Source: an uncultured delta proteobacterium (lineage in GTDB: Bacteria > Myxococcota_A > Polyangia > Polyangiales > Houyiibacteriaceae). From it: DNA of 64,000 nt. Position 1 is the first letter of the stretch. Every line of letters starts with the position of its first letter. The DNA is taken from positions 480,001 to 544,000 of the forward strand of contig CAVOVB010000003.1 in NCBI GenBank assembly GCA_963699755.1, given 5' to 3'. Made by a program: the position numbers and the translations under genes. The notes beneath the pieces are model-generated. The model did no database searches. It was not told where the DNA came from and saw nothing but the letters and a program-made list of their open reading frames with translations. Positions 60,787-64,000 of this stretch are shown in pieces.

Positions 60787-61299
60787 TCAGCCGAACGCGC
60801 GGGTCCAGGCGCGGAAGACCTCATCCGAGAAGAGCACGAAACGGATTCGCTCGAGGCCCCAGGCTCGCTCTCCTACGACCTCGGCCGCGATCGCCGCGGC
60901 GTCTCCGACGGGGTAACCGTAGACACCGCAGGAGATGGCGGGAAAGGCAATCGTTCGGAGCCCATGCGCGACGGCCAAGCCGAGCGACGAGCGGAACGCG
61001 GCCGCCAAGAGCTCGGCATCGCGAGGTCGTCCAGCGTACACAGGACCCACCGTGTGAATGACATGGCGCGCCGGAAGCTCGAATCCGGCAGTGATCCTCG
61101 CTTCGCCCGCGGGACAGCGGACACCTGGCTGGACTTCGGGAATGGCGCGGCACGCTTCGCGGAGCGCGGGGCCTGCGGCTCGATGAATCGCGCCATCGAC
61201 GCCACCGCCACCGAGCAACTTCTGATTGGCGGCGTTGACGATCGCATCGACCGCTTCTCGAGTGAGATCGCCCTGAAGGATCTGGACTCTGGAGGTCAT
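60787..61299 (-). CDS. macro-domain O-acetyl-ADP-ribose deacetylase (YmdB-like)
   Basis: 'GDLT', 'IVNAAN', 'GGGGVDGAIHRAAG', 'VIHTVGP', 'FPAISCGVYGYP'. Confidence 0.95.
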   Translation of the reverse strand: MTSRVQILQGDLTREAVDAIVNAANQKLLGGGGVDGAIHRAAGPALREACRAIPEVQPGVRCPAGEARITAGFELPARHVIHTVGPVYAGRPRDAELLAAAFRSSLGLAVAHGLRTIAFPAISCGVYGYPVGDAAAIAAEVVGERAWGLERIRFVLFSDEVFRAWTRAFG

Positions 61300-61727
61300 C
61301 AGGGACCGTCCTCTGGGCGGAGCGAGGGAGCGGGCCTGCCCATGAGCTTCTCGAAGGTGGCGGCTCCGAGCGCGTCGGCCATGAGCCCGTCCAGGCGCAG
61401 CTCCACTGCCTCCTTTTCCTGGGGCGAATCATACACGAAAGCGATTCCCATCCCCGCAGGGCGGTCGCTACCGGCCTGCTTGGCATCCACGACCCATCGG
61501 ACGACGCCCCGGAGCAGGATCGGGGGTTCGAGCTGTGGCGCCCGAATCGTGAAGCAGATCGCCGTTCCGACCTGCAGGGGACGGTCGGTTCGGATGAAGG
61601 TCCCACCTTGGCTGATGTTGTGGGTGTAGTCGGACAGGAGGGTGTTGAGGCGCTCGTATTCCACGGGCAATTCGAGCGGAGCCCGACCCGATTCCCGACG
61701 CTCGCTGCTTTCCTCAGGCATACCCAT
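61299..61727 (-). CDS. PilZ-domain protein (TIGR02266 type); start uncertain
   Basis: 'ERRESGR' (RxxxR), 'NISQGGTFI', 'GVVRW', 'PAGMGIAF'. Confidence 0.85.
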   Translation of the reverse strand: MGMPEESSERRESGRAPLELPVEYERLNTLLSDYTHNISQGGTFIRTDRPLQVGTAICFTIRAPQLEPPILLRGVVRWVVDAKQAGSDRPAGMGIAFVYDSPQEKEAVELRLDGLMADALGAATFEKLMGRPAPSLRPEDGP

Positions 61728-61866
61728 GCCGAGGTTAGATGGCCCGGGCGCCAGCGGCAACAACAGGTCGCTTGACGGCGAATCGGCCACTGCCTAATCT
61801 ACCATCCCTTTTTAACTCGGACGTTCCGCACCTGCGTCGAGCGTCTTTCGCGCGCGAGGATTGCGC

Positions 61867-64000
61867 ATGACTGATAACGATTCCAAAACAAGTGAGACCT
61901 CAACGGGAGAGGTGGCGCCTGTGGAATCGCAAGGCCCCCGTGAGACAGGCACCGAGACCGTGGCCGAGGACGTCGCGGCGAGTCAGTCCGTGGATCTGCA
62001 GGTGATCGAGTCCGTGGCGGACGCCGGGCCCGGGAGCGTGCCTGGGCACGTGACGCCCGCGGAGGCGGATACGATCTCTGGTGAGATGGCCGCGGCAGAG
62101 GCGCAGGGCGACACGGTGAGTGGGGAGGCCGCGCCCGATGGAGAGGAGACGTCTTCGGGGGAGGTGGGCGCCGCGGGCTCGGACAGGAAGAAGCGTCGTC
62201 GCCGTCGCAAGAAGAAGGGTGCACAGTCAGGCGCGAGTGAGGCGCCGCAGGATGGGAAGTCCGGGCACCACCACGCACCGTTCATTCATCTGTTCTCCGG
62301 AGGCGGGCCTCGAAAGCACGCGTTTGCGCCCGGGGAGGAAATTGCGGGACGCGTGGAGCGCGTGGAGCGCGGAACGGTCATCATCGACGTGTTCGGAAAG
62401 GCGACCGCGATCGCGGACGTTGATGAGCCCCGCGAGATTCCCGTCATCGCGCATGGCGCGGACGTGCCCGAGCAGGAAGCCGAAGCGGTCCCCGACGCGC
62501 CTCCAGCGGAGTCTCCGGTCGTCGAGGCGGCCGCCGCCGACGCAGCCGCGGTGGCGGCACCCGCCGTCGTGGCACCGATAGCCGAAGTAGCCCTCGCCGT
62601 GGAGCGCGACACCTTGGATTGGCAGTTCTCGGCGACCGGCGTGACGGACATCGACGAACTGGCGGAAGCGGACACCGTCGTAGCCGCTCAGGCCTTCGAT
62701 CCAACCAGCATGGTCGACGTGCCGGCGGCCCCGCCGTTGCCGACGACGGCACTTGGAACCGTTGCGGGGACCGTAGCGGTCGACGAGTCCGTGGCGGAGG
62801 CCGAGTCTGTGAGCGAGCCCGGGACCAGTTCAGAGGCAGACGCCGTGGCTCTGACCGAGCCTGCGGAGCCTGCCGAGGATCCCGCGGACGCCGATCTCAG
62901 CCTCCTCGATCCCTTGCCCGAGCTCGAGACTCCGGAGCTGGGCGCGATTTTCCGAGGGCGCATCAATGGGGTTGCCGAGAGCGGACACATCGTGCTCGTG
63001 AACCGAGTCATCGACAAGGCCGCGGTTCGCAAAGCGCTGCGCGCCGCCCGAGATTTGCACCATCGTGTGCAGGGCGTCGTCTACGGCTACAATCGCGGCG
63101 GCTTCGACGTGCTCGTCGGCGGCGTTCGGGCGTTCTGCCCGGCGAGCGCCATGTCGCTCACGCCCATCGAGGATCCCAACGCGTTCGTCGGGCAGCGCTG
63201 CGAGTTCTCGTTGCCGCAGGACAAGGGCAGCAAAAAGAGCATCATCGTCAGCCGACGGAGCATCCTCGAGAAGGAAGCTAGAAAGAAGGCCCGCGAACGG
63301 ATGGCCGAGCTCGAGGTCGGAACCAGGCTCCAGGGCAAGGTGCTCGAGGTGCGCGACTACGGCGTGCTCGTCGACCTCGGCGATGGCCTCGACGGCCTTG
63401 TTCACATGAGCGAGGTCTCCTGGGGCCGCGGCGTTCGACCGCAAGACGCCGCGAAGGTCGGTGATGAGGTCGAAGTCGAGGTTCTGAAAGTTCAGCAGGC
63501 ATCTCGCAAAGACCGCTTCGGTCGCGTGTCGCTCTCGATGCGCGCCTGTCAACCGGACCCCTTGGAGGCCGCCGGCGACACGATCCGGCCCGGAATGCCG
63601 ATCAAAGGGAAGGTCGTCCGGACGACGGAGTTTGGCGCTTTCGTCCAGCTCCAAGAGAACATCGAAGGGCTGCTCCACATCTCGGAGCTGGGCGGGAGCA
63701 GAGAGCTCACGCACGCCAAGCAGGCGGTCACCGAAGGCGACGAAATTCACGTCGTCGTCGAGCGAGTTGATCGTCAGCAAAGGCGCATTTCGCTCTCGAA
63801 GCTGTCGGATGCAGACGCTGCTGCGATCGAAGCGGGAGAAATTGAAGTCGGTAAGGCTCCACGCTCGCTCAAGCCCGGCTCGATCGTTCCGGTACTCGTC
63901 AAACGGGTCGACCACAGCGGTGTCCAGGTCCAGGTCGAAGGCATGCTAGGAAAGCGCGGCCGCGGCTTCATTCGCAGTCGTGAGCTTCAAGACGCGCACG
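61867..64000 (+). CDS. S1-domain RNA-binding protein (RpsA-like), 3' truncated by window edge
   Basis: Frame open from ATG 61867 to the end (absent from the ORF track because it has no stop); S1 repeats 'GYNRGGFDV..RAFCPAS', 'DYGVLVDLGDGLDGLVHMSEVSW', 'EFGAFVQL..IEGLLHISEL'. Confidence 0.88.
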   Translation, partial: MTDNDSKTSETSTGEVAPVESQGPRETGTETVAEDVAASQSVDLQVIESVADAGPGSVPGHVTPAEADTISGEMAAAEAQGDTVSGEAAPDGEETSSGEVGAAGSDRKKRRRRRKKKGAQSGASEAPQDGKSGHHHAPFIHLFSGGGPRKHAFAPGEEIAGRVERVERGTVIIDVFGKATAIADVDEPREIPVIAHGADVPEQEAEAVPDAPPAESPVVEAAAADAAAVAAPAVVAPIAEVALAVERDTLDWQFSATGVTDIDELAEADTVVAAQAFDPTSMVDVPAAPPLPTTALGTVAGTVAVDESVAEAESVSEPGTSSEADAVALTEPAEPAEDPADADLSLLDPLPELETPELGAIFRGRINGVAESGHIVLVNRVIDKAAVRKALRAARDLHHRVQGVVYGYNRGGFDVLVGGVRAFCPASAMSLTPIEDPNAFVGQRCEFSLPQDKGSKKSIIVSRRSILEKEARKKARERMAELEVGTRLQGKVLEVRDYGVLVDLGDGLDGLVHMSEVSWGRGVRPQDAAKVGDEVEVEVLKVQQASRKDRFGRVSLSMRACQPDPLEAAGDTIRPGMPIKGKVVRTTEFGAFVQLQENIEGLLHISELGGSRELTHAKQAVTEGDEIHVVVERVDRQQRRISLSKLSDADAAAIEAGEIEVGKAPRSLKPGSIVPVLVKRVDHSGVQVQVEGMLGKRGRGFIRSRELQDAH

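Overview
GC-rich bacterial chromosomal segment, most likely Myxococcota/Deltaproteobacteria (TIGR04551-like outer-membrane protein, TIGR02266-type PilZ protein, DUF507). Most of it is housekeeping: coaBC, glyA, trpE, tig-clpP-clpX-lon, rnj, gmk, yicC, prfB (with its programmed +1 frameshift)-lysS-lolC/E-lolD-bamA-skp, a TetR-controlled RND efflux operon, tRNA-Asp, tRNA-Val and an S1-domain protein truncated by the window end. The first ~8 kb is accessory and decaying, with two pseudogenes, a gene lacking a clear start and a solo IS3-type inverted repeat. The most unusual items are: (i) two diverged copies of a ~300-400 bp intergenic element (40099-40509 and 51628-51919) whose 12-bp stem is preserved by four compensatory base-pair changes; (ii) a pseudokinase / non-canonical pilin / secreted Gly-Asp-Ser repeat protein cluster; (iii) a tiny secreted peptide made of three YCPGEGDKPS(E/G)PST repeats; (iv) an S1/RpsA-like protein with a large acidic insertion inside its first S1 domain. 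All family assignments come from motif recognition by eye; no database search was run.
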